Positions 1-11,153 of a DNA stretch of 64,000 nucleotides are shown here, one piece after another; the first letter of the stretch is position 1; each line of letters begins with the position of its first letter. The stretch covers positions 369,148,001 through 369,212,000 of the forward strand of contig OZ024741.1 in NCBI GenBank assembly GCA_964016885.1, read 5' to 3'. Both the position numbers and the translations under genes were made by a program. The notes beneath the pieces are model-generated. The model saw only the letters and a program-made list of their open reading frames with translations. It made no database searches and was not told the DNA's origin. Source of the DNA: Eledone cirrhosa (taxonomy: Eukaryota).

Positions 1-1760
1 TGCTGTTACTTTCATGACCTGGTCCATCAGCTTTATACCTCTATAGTTTCCTCTATCTAGTGCATCACCTTTACCTTTGTAGCAGTTGACAATGATGCTA
101 CTGCACCAATCTTTTGGTATGACACCTAGTATTACCTGGTTAACAATATGTGTGGTTATAGTGTGACCTACAGACCCAGATGCCTTCAGCATCTCGGCAG
201 CTATACCCGATGGACCGGTTGCCTTCCCCATCTTCATATCTTTGATTGCCTTACTTACTACGCTGCTGCTGACTTGTACTGCTGGCCCCTCTATAGGATC
301 TATTTGGGGTAGGGTTTCTTCTTCCCATGCATTCTCCTCATTTAGTAATCTATCATAATGGCTCTTCCATGCATCTTTCTTCTCAGCACTTGTGAGGGCA
401 AGCTCAGCTTTATCATTCCAGATACACTTCTCTCCAATGACATCACAATTCTCTCTTACACACTGCCTCGCAATCTTGAACACCTCCTGTTTCTGGTCCT
501 CACGTTGCAAAACATGCTTGAATTTTCTATCCTCTGCTTCCCTCCTAGCTAAGTATACTTGATGCCTAGCTTCCCTCTTGATCTCTATGTAATGTACCCT
601 GCTTCCCCCGTTCTTCCATTCTTTCCATGCCTGTCTCTTGGCCTTAACTGCCTCATCTACCTTATTGTTCCACCACCAAGTCACTCTCCTCCTGCTTGTG
701 GTCTTACTTCAGCCACAGATCTCATCCGTCGCCTCTAGTAAGTTATTTTTTAGGAACTCCCAGTGGTCTTCTACATTGAATGTCTCTATCTGTTCTTCTT
801 TACTGTCGTAGGCGTTGAGTAAAATATCTTTAAATCTTTTACTGGCTGAGGGGTCTTTCAGCTTCCACATCTTTCTTCTCCAGGTTGGCTTCTGTTTCCA
901 GGTTCGTCTAGTTCTGACTGTGAGGTCGCTGACAACTAAGCTATGTTGGGAGGTACATTCCTCACTAGGGAAGGCTTTTGTGTTTACAACCGTCCATCTG
1001 TCACGTCCTCTGATGATAAAATCTATCTGACTAGAATGCTCCCCTGATCTATAGGTGATCAGGTGGTTGTTGGGTTTTTTGAAGTTTGTCGACATGTCAT
1101 TGGCGTCGCAGAATTCTAGAAGTCTGAATCCTTCTTCATTTCTTGTGCCAACCCCATGGCCTCCATGGACTCTATTGAAGCCGCCACAGTGTTTACCTAC
1201 GTGTCCGTTAAAATGATTAGGAAGTCATTGTTGTTTATTAGAGCAGTAGTGTGCATTAGGGACTCGTAAAACCTATCCACAAGTTCGTCTGGCAACCCCG
1301 ATTGGGGTGCGTAAGCTGATATTATTGTGGTAATTGTTTTATTCAGGACTAGTCTGAGTTTAATTATTCTTGCATTTACCCTGTACACTGAGATTACTTT
1401 ATCTACCCACTTGTCAGCTAGTAGTATACCTCCACCACCCATCCCATCGTCATTTGCCACCCAGAAAAATTTGTAGCACTGACTTTTTCCTACAAGGACT
1501 CTAGAAGACTCTCCTCTCCATCTAGTCTCTTGCACAAAGCATACATCAATTTCCTTTCGCTCTAGCATCTCTACAATTTCTCCTGCTCTTCCTTTCATTG
1601 TGCTTACATTGATGGTACCAACTCGGAGTTTTGGGCATTTGCCGACATTCGTAGGGAAGGGTCGATTTTTGCAGGGGTGTGTGTATGCTTCCTGTCTCTG
1701 AATTGGAGCTTCACATGGGTGGTTGGTAGCTCGCGGTTTCATATTCATTTTCATCTATTA
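1..1760 (-). mobile_element. RTE-clade LINE, 5' part (APE endonuclease into RT N-terminus), disrupted; continues beyond window start
   Basis: ORF 1197-1754 has APE motifs (GTINV, VQETRW, ISAYAPQ). ORF 709-1095 has SQIDFI and QHSLVV. Bases 1-110 read ...IVNCYKGKGDALDRGNYRGIKL on the minus strand. Several frameshifts/stops. Confidence 0.9.
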
Positions 1761-2505
1761 ATTCAGAGTTGCTTCAATTTATTCTCAGCTCATCCATACA
1801 TAACGGTAGGAAAATTCAGGGCTAGGAGAACAGTGGTGGTGGTAATAATGGCAGGGTGTGTTGGGCTGGGACGGGGGAGGAGAGAGTTAGGTAGTAGTAG
1901 AAATGGCAGGGTTTGTTGGGGTTAGTAGTGGGGGGTGGGCATGCTGAGGTTTGATTGGTCGAATAGGCTATGGTGGTGGGAGGGAAATTGTGAGGTAGGT
2001 AGCCAAGTCATGGCCTGTAGCATCTGATGGCAAAATAGACAGATAGAGAGACAGCATGGTAGAGAAAATGAGGGTAAAAAAAATCAATGTGTTGTGGAAG
2101 CTAGCGAAGTGATAAATACAGCAATAATTGTGAGCAGAACATTTGCAATTGGTAAAATAGAGGGATACCTGAAAGATTTGTATGGATGGATGGATGGAAC
2201 ATGGTTAAGCAGCTCTAGTGATTCATTTTAGCCTTTCAGAGTCAAGTGTGTCTTATTTCTTCAAGAACTTCAAGATGAGTGAGGAAGGAATGGGTGAGAG
2301 GGAAAGGGAGGTAATAGGTGGCTTAGAGATAGATAGATAGAGAGAGAGTATAGCCCTCATAGAGAGATAGAGCGAGCGTCGCCGTCATGGCAAAACAACC
2401 AATAGAAGTGAATACAGCAACAATAATAATAGCCAAGTCATAGAAAAAATAACCGATATGGCAAAATAACCGATAGAAGTGAATATATATATATATATAT
2501 ACATA

Positions 2506-2536
<31 letters not shown>

Positions 2537-2556
2537 TTATTATATATATATTTATT

Positions 2557-2661
2557 AAAATAACAGATTAAAGTTTAAGCAAAGAATCTCTGCTTTCACC
2601 CTTAACGGGATCTTAAGGGTGAAAGCAGCGATTCTTTGCTTAAACTTTAATCTGTTATTTT
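2557..2661. repeat. 105-bp near-perfect palindrome made of two inverted 3' halves of the hammerhead-bearing terminus at 43121-43191
   Basis: Arms 2557-2605 and 2613-2661 are reverse complements with a small mismatch. The left arm is near-identical to 43127-43183. Flanked by (TA)n. Confidence 0.9.
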
Positions 2662-2671
2662 ATATATACAT

Positions 2672-4533
2672 AGCATCATCATCATTAACTGCTACAAGGG
2701 TAAAGCAGATGCCCTAGATAGGGGAAACTATAGAGGCATTAAATTAATTGACCAGGTCATGAAGGTCACAGAAAGAGTTATGGAGCAACTAATCAGAGAG
2801 CGAATTGATCTAGATGAAATGCAGTTTGGGTTTGTGTCAGGTAAAAGTACCACAGACGCTCTTTTTTTTGTACGACAACTACAAGAGAAGTACCTAACTA
2901 AAAGTAAACCCCTATACTTAGCTTTTGTTGACTTGGAGAAAGCCTTTGACAGAGTCCCCCGCTCCATTATCTGGTGGGCTCTTAGAAAACTAGGTGTTGA
3001 TGAATGGCTTGTGAGAGCTATAGAAGCCACGTATAAAGAAACAGTCAGCAAGGTTAGAATTAACAAGGAATATAGTGAAGAATTTAGCGTAAAAGTTGGT
3101 ATTCATCAGGGCTCTGTCCTTAGCCCCCTCCTATTTATTATTGCCCTTCAGGCTATAAGAGAGGAGTTCAAGACCGGCTGCTCATGGGAACTTCTCTATG
3201 CAGATGATCTAACACTCAGAGCTGAATCAATGGCTGAACTAGAGAAGAAATTCCAAGCATGGAAGCATGGCCTAGAATCAAAAGGCCTTAAATTCACCTG
3301 TCTAAGACTAAAGTTCTAGTATGTATGAATGAAAATAAGGCACTGGTGCCCTCTGGGAAATGGCCATGCTCAGTGTGTAGGAAGAAGCCCCATTTTATGT
3401 CCCAAATGCAAAGTATGGGTGCATAAAAGATATAGTGGGATCACAGGTAAGCTAACTAAGAACATAGATTTTATATGTGGCCGATGCTCAGGTGAAATAA
3501 GTACCAAGTGCCTACAGGATACTAGCTCCTTCCTTTGCCCAGATGGTTCTATAGTAATAGTGGACACCTTCCGTTACCTGTGTGACAAAATCAGCAGTGG
3601 TGGAGGGTGCTATGAAAGTACAGTAGCCAGAGTCAGAACGGGATGGAAAAAGTTCAGAGAGCTTATACCATTATTGGCCGCTAAAGGTTCCTCTCTAAAA
3701 ATGAAAGGCAGACTGTATGATGCCTGCATACGAACAGCTATATTACATGGCAGTGAGACATGGGCATTGTGTGCAGAGGATCTGCGCAGACTGGAGAGGA
3801 AAGAAGCTTGCATGCTCTGTTGGATGTGTAATAGTAATATACATGTACGGCAAAGCATAAATGAACTAAGTGAGAAATTAGGAATAAGAGGGATCAGATG
3901 CTGTTTACTCGAGAGAAGAATACATTGGTATGGTCACGTGATGCGCATGAAAGACGACAGCTGTATAAAAAAGTGCAGGGCAATAAAAATAGACGGTAGC
4001 CACGGAGTAAGCAGACCCAGAAAAACCTGGGACGATTTGATAAATTCCGACCTCACACACTTACACATCTCCAAGACAATGTCACTGGACCGAGATCTTT
4101 GGCGCTACGCAGTAATAGAGAAGACCCGCCTTACCTAAGTACAAAGCGAAACCTACAATCAGTAGGCACCTCTTAACCAAAAATACACCCCCATCCCACT
4201 ACCCCTACCCCACCCCCGTCTACACCACCCCTTTCTCTGTAAAGTTATGTTGGTACCACAACATCCAGTCCTAAATAAATGAGGTCGTGTAGGTGTCACA
4301 ACAAAAAAATACACAGTCCACGCTGTAATGTGGCCGTGTAGGTAACATGGTAAAAACCTCCCAGTCTACACTGTAAACGTGGTTGGTGTTAGGAAGGGCA
4401 TCCAGCCATAGAAAACCCGCCAGACAGTCCTATACAAGCAAGACAACCAATCTTGTCTCAAGTGGAACAATTCCTGTCTAAACCCATGCTAGCGTGGAAG
4501 ATGGACGTTAAATGATGATGATGATGATGATGA
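2672..4533 (+). mobile_element. RTE LINE, 5'-truncated (RT, C-terminus, 3'UTR, (GAT)n tail)
   Basis: ORF 2759-3319 has FVDLEKAFDRV, GIHQGSVLSP and LYADD. ORF 3329-4138 has WYGHVMR. Ends in (GAT)n at about 4513-4533. Confidence 0.95.
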
Positions 4534-5051
4534 CTATACATAAATGACAATTTCTGTCTGTTTGTGTGTGTTGGTTTGTGGATTTGTTTGTGAACCTAAA
4601 ACTCAAAAACTACCAAACCGATCTTGATGAAACTAGACACATGTGTAGGGCTCATGCCCATTTGATTTTTTACGTATTTTGAAGTTCAAAAAAAAAAAAA
4701 AATCGATAATTTCCAGTCTGCATCGATTTTTAAAAAATGAATAGGAAATTTGTATGCAAATGCTCATATGAATGTTACTTTCTGCCATAACATTTAAAGC
4801 TCTCAACGAATTTCCTTGAAACTTTAAACACAAGTAGATTATGTGCTAAGGATGGGTTTTTGCTAAAGAGTTTTGGTCAACTGATGAGCGAAATTTGGCT
4901 TCAGCTGTTGTGGGCTTAAAATGTTCTCCATAAATCAACTTAATATTCTCTGCTTGCTGTAACATTTATTTTTAGTCTGAGAGTCATTGGGCATTTTACT
5001 GGGAACTGGGAATACCCCCCGCTCCCGGGTATTACCGGGTACTTCAGCTAG
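4534..5051 (+). mobile_element. Nonautonomous Helitron-like element
   Basis: Subterminal hairpin CCCGG-gtatta-CCGGG (5024-5039) followed by CTAG (5048-5051) and then T. The 5' part has a TG-rich microsatellite and AACTACCAAACCGATCTTGATGAAA, resembling invertebrate nonautonomous Helitrons. The 5' boundary is approximate. Confidence 0.7.
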
Positions 5052-5062
5052 TATATATATAT

Positions 5063-5480
5063 ATCATCATCATCACCATCATCATTTTACATCAATTTTT
5101 CCCTGCTTGCAAGGATGGGATGGGTCCTATTCAGCACAGCATCTCTCAATTTGTCACGGCCCTTCGTCATCCCCTCTGTAAGCTTCAGCGATGTGAGATC
5201 AGCTCTCACCGCCTCTGCCCATGATTTTCATGGTCTTCCTCTACTGTGTCTTCCATCCACTGGAATTTCTTGGTACTTCTTTACGCAGTGGTCATCCTCC
5301 ATGCGCATCACATGTCCATACCTACGCAGGCCTCTCTCCTGCACACTACAGCTTATCCCTCTTATACGCAGTTTCTCTCTCAATTCATCTATGCCTGGTT
5401 GTTCATGCACATTGCCATTGCACATCCAGCAGAGTATGCTTGCTTGATTTCTCTCCAGCCGTCGCATATCCTCCACACTC
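5063..5480 (-). mobile_element. RTE LINE 3' fragment with (GAT)n tail
   Basis: ORF 5228-5476 (RRYGHVMRM..RGRP) is homologous to the RTE C-terminus at 3329-4138. (CAT)n on the plus strand at 5063-5085. Confidence 0.9.
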
Positions 5481-5604
5481 TGTTTTTTGATGAGAATAAG
5501 TAGGTGACATAGTCACTACTTTACTCATAGCGAATGGTCTTCAAAATGTTTTTAATTAAACATACAGTATATTGCCAAATATACTATACATTCATTCATA
5601 TACA

Positions 5605-8318
5605 TCTGACCAAGTAAAACCAGGGTGGTGCCGTACACTAATTCTGCAGGTGTGTGTCCGAATTCCTCCTTAACGGTGGGTCGAATGCCCAGAAGGATGA
5701 GTGGCAGGTATTCAAACCAGTGGGTCTTGTCTAGATACACTTTTATTGCAGCTTTCAATTGGCGATGGAATCTTTCCACGAGACCATTAGCTTGCGGGTG
5801 GTAAGCTGTCGTGCGGATGTGTTTACATCCTAACAGACGAGTCAGTTCCCTGAAGAGGTGGGAGTCAAATTGGCGTCCTCTGTCCGTTGTTATCTTCGCT
5901 GGGGCGCCATAACGTGATACCCAGTGTAAAATCAAAGTTTTAGCGACTGTTTCCACTGTGGTATCATTTATGGGAAAAGCCTCAGGCCAACGAGAAAATC
6001 GATCGATGCAGGTGAGCAATTGTGTGTAGTTCTGTGATGGTGGTAGAGGTCCGACGATGTCGATATGCACATGATGAAAACGTGCATCAGGTTGCGCGAA
6101 TGTGCCGAGTGGAGTTTTGATGTGTCTGTGGACTTTGGCTTTCTGGCAGGCAATGCAGCTCCTGGACCAGTCGCGCACGTCCTTGTTAATGTTAGTCCAC
6201 ACAAAACGAGCAGAGATGAGTTTCTGTGTAGCCCGGATTTCCGGATGAGACAAGCAGTGTAAAGCAGAAAAAACTTGTCGACGATGCATCTGTGGTACGT
6301 ACGGTCGTTCATGACCGGTAGAAAGGTCGCACCAAATTTGTCCCGGAGAAGAAGGAATGGGAACTTGCTGAAACTTGAGGGATGACGAATCTCGGAGCTT
6401 GATAAACTCTTCGTCAGTCTCTTGTTCAGCTGCGATCTGTTGAAGGTCGATGCCTGAATGCACATGTATTGCGTTCAGCTGGATTCGGGACAGGGCGTCG
6501 GCTGCTACGTTGTCTGATCCCTTGATATGGCGAATATCAGTTGAATATTGGGAGACAAAATCCAGGTGTCGGAGTTCTCTCGGTGAATGCCGATCAGGTT
6601 TGGTACGGAACGCATAAATTAATGCTTTATGGTCCGTGTAGATCACGAAATCTGATCCTTCAAGCATGTGCCGAAAATGCTTAACCGAAAGATAGGTTGC
6701 CAAGAGTTCGCGGCCAAAGGTACTGTATTTCGTTTCTGCCGGTTGCAACCGCTTAGAAAAGAAGGATAAGGGTTGCCACACGCCGTCGACATGTTGTTGT
6801 AGAACGCCTCCAACCCCCGTGTCTGATGCGTCCACTAGCAGCGAAAGAGGAGCGCCAGACCTGGGGAAAACGAGCATGGAAGCGTTTGCCAACATTTCCT
6901 TCAGGCGGTTAAAAGATGTTAATTCTTCCTCGTTCAGAGTGATCTCTTCGTTTTTGCGAGTCCGGTTACGAAGAAGGTCCGTGAGGAGTCTGGCTGCGTC
7001 GGAACAATGAGGGATGAAATGCCTATAGAAATTCACCAGACCGAGGAATTCACGCAGTTTCCGAAGTGATGTAGGTGCAGGAAAACTGCGGATAGCTTCT
7101 ACTTTCTCGGGAAGTGGACGAATGCCGTCTTTATCGATGATGTGCCCGAGGAAGGACAGTGAAGGAACGCCGAGAAGGCACTTGCTGGGGTTGATGATGA
7201 TACCGTACTCAGCCAAACGTCGGAAAAGGAGATCTAAGTGCTTCTCGTGTTCATTCTCGGAAGCACTTGCTACCAGTACGTCGTCAATATACGCGTATAC
7301 GAAGGGTAGATCGCGTAACACGGTGTCGATAAACCGCTGAAAAGTTTGTGCAGCGTTGCGCAGACCGAACGGCATTCGCAGAAATTCGAATAAACCGAAT
7401 GGTGTTGTGATTGCGGTCTTCGGAATGTCTGCAGGCTCCGTAGGTATCTGGTTATATGCACGCACCAAATCTACCTTGGAAAAGATGCGTGCGCCTTGCA
7501 GAGAGGCAGAAAAATCGTGCAGGTGAGGTACAGGGTAATTATCGGGCACTGTAGAATTGTTAAGTGCACGATAATCCCCACATGGTCGCCAATCATTCTC
7601 GTTTTTTTGGAACAAGGTGTAGGGGTGCAGACCAGTTGCCGGAGGAAGGGCGAATGATTTCGAGGTCCAGCATGTGTTGGAACTCCTGCTTGGCGATTCT
7701 CAATCGGTCTGGAGGCAGTCTCCTTGGTCGGGCAGCTGTGGGTGGTCCCTTTGTCTCGATGTGGTACGTGACACAATGCTTAATGGGACCATCCTTAAAT
7801 ACCGGGCGAGTGATGTCTGGGTATTTCTGGAGAATGCAGTTCTAACTCGAAGGCTCTGACTGGCAAATTACAGGGCTCACTGTGGATTGCGTGGTAAATA
7901 TACCTCTCACAGTGAGGTTTGTGGTGGTGTCGATAAGCCTCCGGTCCTTCATATCCACCAGAAGGTTGAAGTGGTAGAGAAAATCGGCTCCTAGGATCGG
8001 GGTCGGCAGGTCTGCCACGACGAACACCCATTGAAAACGCCGCCTCAGGCCTAAATTGAGGGTCAGAGACTTCTCCCCGAAAGTCGGAATTGACGATTGG
8101 TTCACTGCCTGCAGAAAAGACGGAGTTGGATGTCTTTTGCCCGAGATTAGTGAAACAGGAATAACACTAACCCGAGCTCCTGTATCCACGAGGTAACGGA
8201 TGCCTGTCGCCTGGTCGTTAATAAAAAATAGACGACTTTTCTTTTCAGTACCAGGGGTGAACGTCGTCGCTAGGCCCTGGTCTTCCCGTTTCCCTGGGTG
8301 GTATTCTGGAAAGAGCAC
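5605..8318 (-). pseudogene. pol: Gypsy 1 Pol (protease, RT, RNase H, integrase), frameshifted and 3'-truncated
   Basis: YLVDTGA protease (7842-8318). RT YIDD, RNase H DASD and YTDH, integrase H-H-C-C and TDRG...E within 5552-7615. Frameshifts near 7615-7840. Confidence 0.92.
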
Positions 8319-9139
8319 GGGGCCCTACACTTAGATGCCCGAGCGCCGAATTCCTCGTGATACCAGCAGAGGTTACCAGAAACACGATTTTGACTGGGAC
8401 TTCTCGATCTTTGACGGTGAAGGGGTCTGGACCGACTGTTGCTGCGCTGCCGGTGTGTTTGCAAGGTCAGGCTTTCTAATTGGTTTGAGAGGGCTTTGAT
8501 TTGACCAGCCTGCTCTCTGATCATAGCCCGCAGCTCTGCAATCTCGGAGGTGGAGTCCGAGGACGCTACGTAAGGGTTCGTCCGACGATCTACTTGTGCT
8601 ACTGAGGCAAAAGGATTTGATACCTCAGCGATCTTATCTGCGACACTCGCCAGTTCCTCCGGGGTTGCTGACTCGTTAGTCGACGCCAGAATGCCCTGCA
8701 TCGATAAGGGCAAGCGCTGTATGAACAACTGTTTCAGCAGATCTTCTGAGAGCGGTTGGTCCTCCATCAGCTGTCTCATTTTTCGCAATAGTTGGGACGG
8801 TTTTCTGTCCCCCAATTCTTCTGCAGACACGAGTTGGTTGAGTCGTCTCTGCTGTGACGCAGTCGTCCGCTTGACCAATTCCTTGCGGAATGATTCATAT
8901 GACACCGTGCCTGGCGGTGCCATGACGAGGTCCCTCACCTCAGCCAAAACTTCTGGCGGGACAGATCCAATGATGTAGGTGAGCTTTGCGGCATCGCTCT
9001 TAATTCTGTTCGCGGTGAATTGCGCTTCTATGTGAGCGAACCATAGAGTCGGGTCGTTAGACCAAAATACGGGGACTTTTAACGTTAACGCCGCTTGTGT
9101 GGTTGGTATCTCGGCTTCTGTCGTTTGTGACATGTCCAT
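8270..9139 (-). CDS. gag: Gypsy 1 Gag
   Basis: 289-aa ORF with PVFWSNDPTLWF, LGDRKPSQLL and the C-terminal CWYH..FG..A.KC..PC motif. Confidence 0.9.
   Translation of the reverse strand: MDMSQTTEAEIPTTQAALTLKVPVFWSNDPTLWFAHIEAQFTANRIKSDAAKLTYIIGSVPPEVLAEVRDLVMAPPGTVSYESFRKELVKRTTASQQRRLNQLVSAEELGDRKPSQLLRKMRQLMEDQPLSEDLLKQLFIQRLPLSMQGILASTNESATPEELASVADKIAEVSNPFASVAQVDRRTNPYVASSDSTSEIAELRAMIREQAGQIKALSNQLESLTLQTHRQRSNSRSRPLHRQRSRSPSQNRVSGNLCWYHEEFGARASKCRAPCSFQNTTQGNGKTRA
8288..8294 (-). promoter_or_regulatory. -1 ribosomal frameshift slippery heptamer G_GGA_AAC (Gypsy 1 gag-pol)
   Basis: In-frame X_XXY_YYZ heptamer (CAG GGA AAC) inside the gag/pol overlap. Confidence 0.75.
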
Positions 9140-9179
9140 GTTGATATTTTCTTAGGTGCTGTCTGGTTGTGCGTTCGAC

Positions 9180-9196
9180 TCACGTTCGGGTCACCA
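9180..9196 (-). promoter_or_regulatory. Primer-binding site, tRNA-Trp-like (Gypsy 1)
   Basis: TGGTGACCCGAACGTGA, 2 nt after the LTR end; resembles the complement of the tRNA-Trp 3' end. Confidence 0.75.
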
Positions 9197-9267
9197 ATTG
9201 TGGTGACGTGGTTAGTCAGTCTAGTCACTACTTCTGATCAGATCCGAGAATAGTCCTTAGAAGGACT

Positions 9268-9725
9268 TGTAGTAAGACGCCTCACGCCTCCTGGCGAATA
9301 ATAGAACAACCCATAGTTATCTCGCCCTGGTTGAGAACACGAGAGGTAAACAGACAGCCACGGAAAAAGCAGACTAAACACACGCCACAGAAAACAGCCT
9401 CTGTACCACGAAACGATAAACAGCCAGAGAAACAGCAAACCCCACAATACCTTTGTAATTGTAATACGCTCCCATCGCCACAACTGGATCACGTATATAT
9501 TTGGTATGTTTTCATTTGTAATATAATAAATACACATACACAAAATAAACATCACCATTATTTACATTTGTTGAATATAACTCTCGTTGTGGTTATTGTC
9601 TTGTTTACGCACACACCCACTCACTTGTTATAATTCTCACTTACAAAAATGGTAAATAGACGAGGGACCTTCCCTCATGTCTATGTCGATAAACAATCCA
9701 ACTAGGATACCTTCATTTTACCACA
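9268..9725 (+). repeat. Gypsy 2 5' LTR
   Basis: Direct repeat of 14491-14948, about 6 substitutions by eye. Confidence 0.97.
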
Positions 9726-9726
9726 C

Positions 9727-9739
9727 TGGTGACCGACGT
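9727..9739 (+). promoter_or_regulatory. PBS, tRNA-Trp-like (Gypsy 2)
   Basis: TGGTGACCGACGT, 1 nt after the LTR. Confidence 0.75.
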
Positions 9740-10376
9740 AAGAATTTTACGCAGCCTTTTTATTCAGTTGAACTTCACTGTTATTACCACGTTGCCAACC
9801 TTTTCGCAACTTACGAAAATACAAAAAAAAGACAGAGATATAATAAAGTGTTTATACCGTATTGACAAGGTATACAAACCAGCCAAAATTTTTTCAAAGA
9901 TGCCGTTGCTTTCCTTCCCCGTTTTGTAATTTTCCGCCAGGACAGGGACATTTTGGAATTGCGTGTGTTCCATATTTGATCAAGGGAAAAAAACCTTTTT
10001 GTGAACATTACTGCCCCGCAGGGGATATACATGCCTTACTTTTTTCTAAGGGATTTTTAGCCACAGGCTACCTATTGTTGATATCCACGTGGATATATTC
10101 TAAAACAAACATTTTTTTCTCCCCTTTTTCACCTTATTTGATTGGGCTGGCTCGTTGAAGCAACACAAGGGGACATACGTTGAAGGAAAATTTTTTTTTT
10201 CTTTTTAATATATATATGTATTTTATGTATTTTTCCTATTTCCTAATGTTTTGAATGTCTGTTTCTTTTTCACCTTTCATTTTTCTTCCATATTGGCTGT
10301 TTGCTTTTCCCTGTACGAGGGTACATTGATTGCTGTTTAGATAGATAGATATTTTTAAAATTTTAAACGTTTTACC

Positions 10377-11153
10377 ATGAATGCGCCACATTTGCCCGCC
10401 TTTACCGGAAAACCTAAGCTGTGGTTTGCCCAGTTACAGGCGTATTTTACGGTCTGTAAGACCGAGTCTGACCAGCGCCTCGTTGTCTTGATTAGCGGAC
10501 TTCCCCCTAATCTAGCAGATTCGGTCCAAGACCTAATTACAGACCCCCCCTATAACTTAACGTATGAGTCTTTGAAAGGCGAGATTTTGAGAAGGAACTG
10601 TAAGTCGGTAGAGAGTCGTTTTCGGTCATTGATCGAGGACGAACGATTAGGTGACAGGACCCCTACCGCTTTTCTCCGGCATTTGCGGGATTTGAGCGAT
10701 TTCCAAGATCAGGATAGCCCTTTCCTGAAGCAATTGTTCTTCTCTCGCCTACCTCAAGAGGTACAGGCGATCCTGGCCCATATGCTAGAGGTAAATACCC
10801 TCGACCACATTGCTGTCTCTGCTGACAAAATTGTAGAAGTGACGAAGAGAGACACTTCGAAGCAAAAGTACGTTGCTTCCTCGTCTCTTCCTCAATCACG
10901 CTCATCAGCGAGTGATGAGAAGTTAGTCAAAACAATGGAAGCCATGACTCGTCAAATGGCGGAGTTGTGCCAGGAACTCAGGTCTTTTGGACGGCAGAGG
11001 AGCCGCTCGCGATCTTATTCAACTCCTCGCCACCGTAGCCCTTCCAAAACACCAAAACCACCATATTGTTATTACCATGACAAATATGGTGACAAAGCCG
11101 CCCATTGTAGGCCTCCTTGTGCTTACATGGGAAACGACGACCAGAGTCACTAA
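10377..11153 (+). CDS. gag: Gypsy 2 Gag
   Basis: 258-aa ORF with [13 protein letters not shown] and [18 protein letters not shown]. Confidence 0.9.
   Translation: MNAPHLPAFTGKPKLWFAQLQAYFTVCKTESDQRLVVLISGLPPNLADSVQDLITDPPYNLTYESLKGEILRRNCKSVESRFRSLIEDERLGDRTPTAFLRHLRDLSDFQDQDSPFLKQLFFSRLPQEVQAILAHMLEVNTLDHIAVSADKIVEVTKRDTSKQKYVASSSLPQSRSSASDEKLVKTMEAMTRQMAELCQELRSFGRQRSRSRSYSTPRHRSPSKTPKPPYCYYHDKYGDKAAHCRPPCAYMGNDDQSH

Noticed and set aside
1760-2480. HDV-like ribozyme at the RTE 5' end
   Set aside because: Expected for some RTEs, but I could not identify the nested pseudoknot by eye.
9238-9633. ORFs duplicated at 14380-14856
   Set aside because: They lie within the LTRs, and the duplication is explained by LTR identity.
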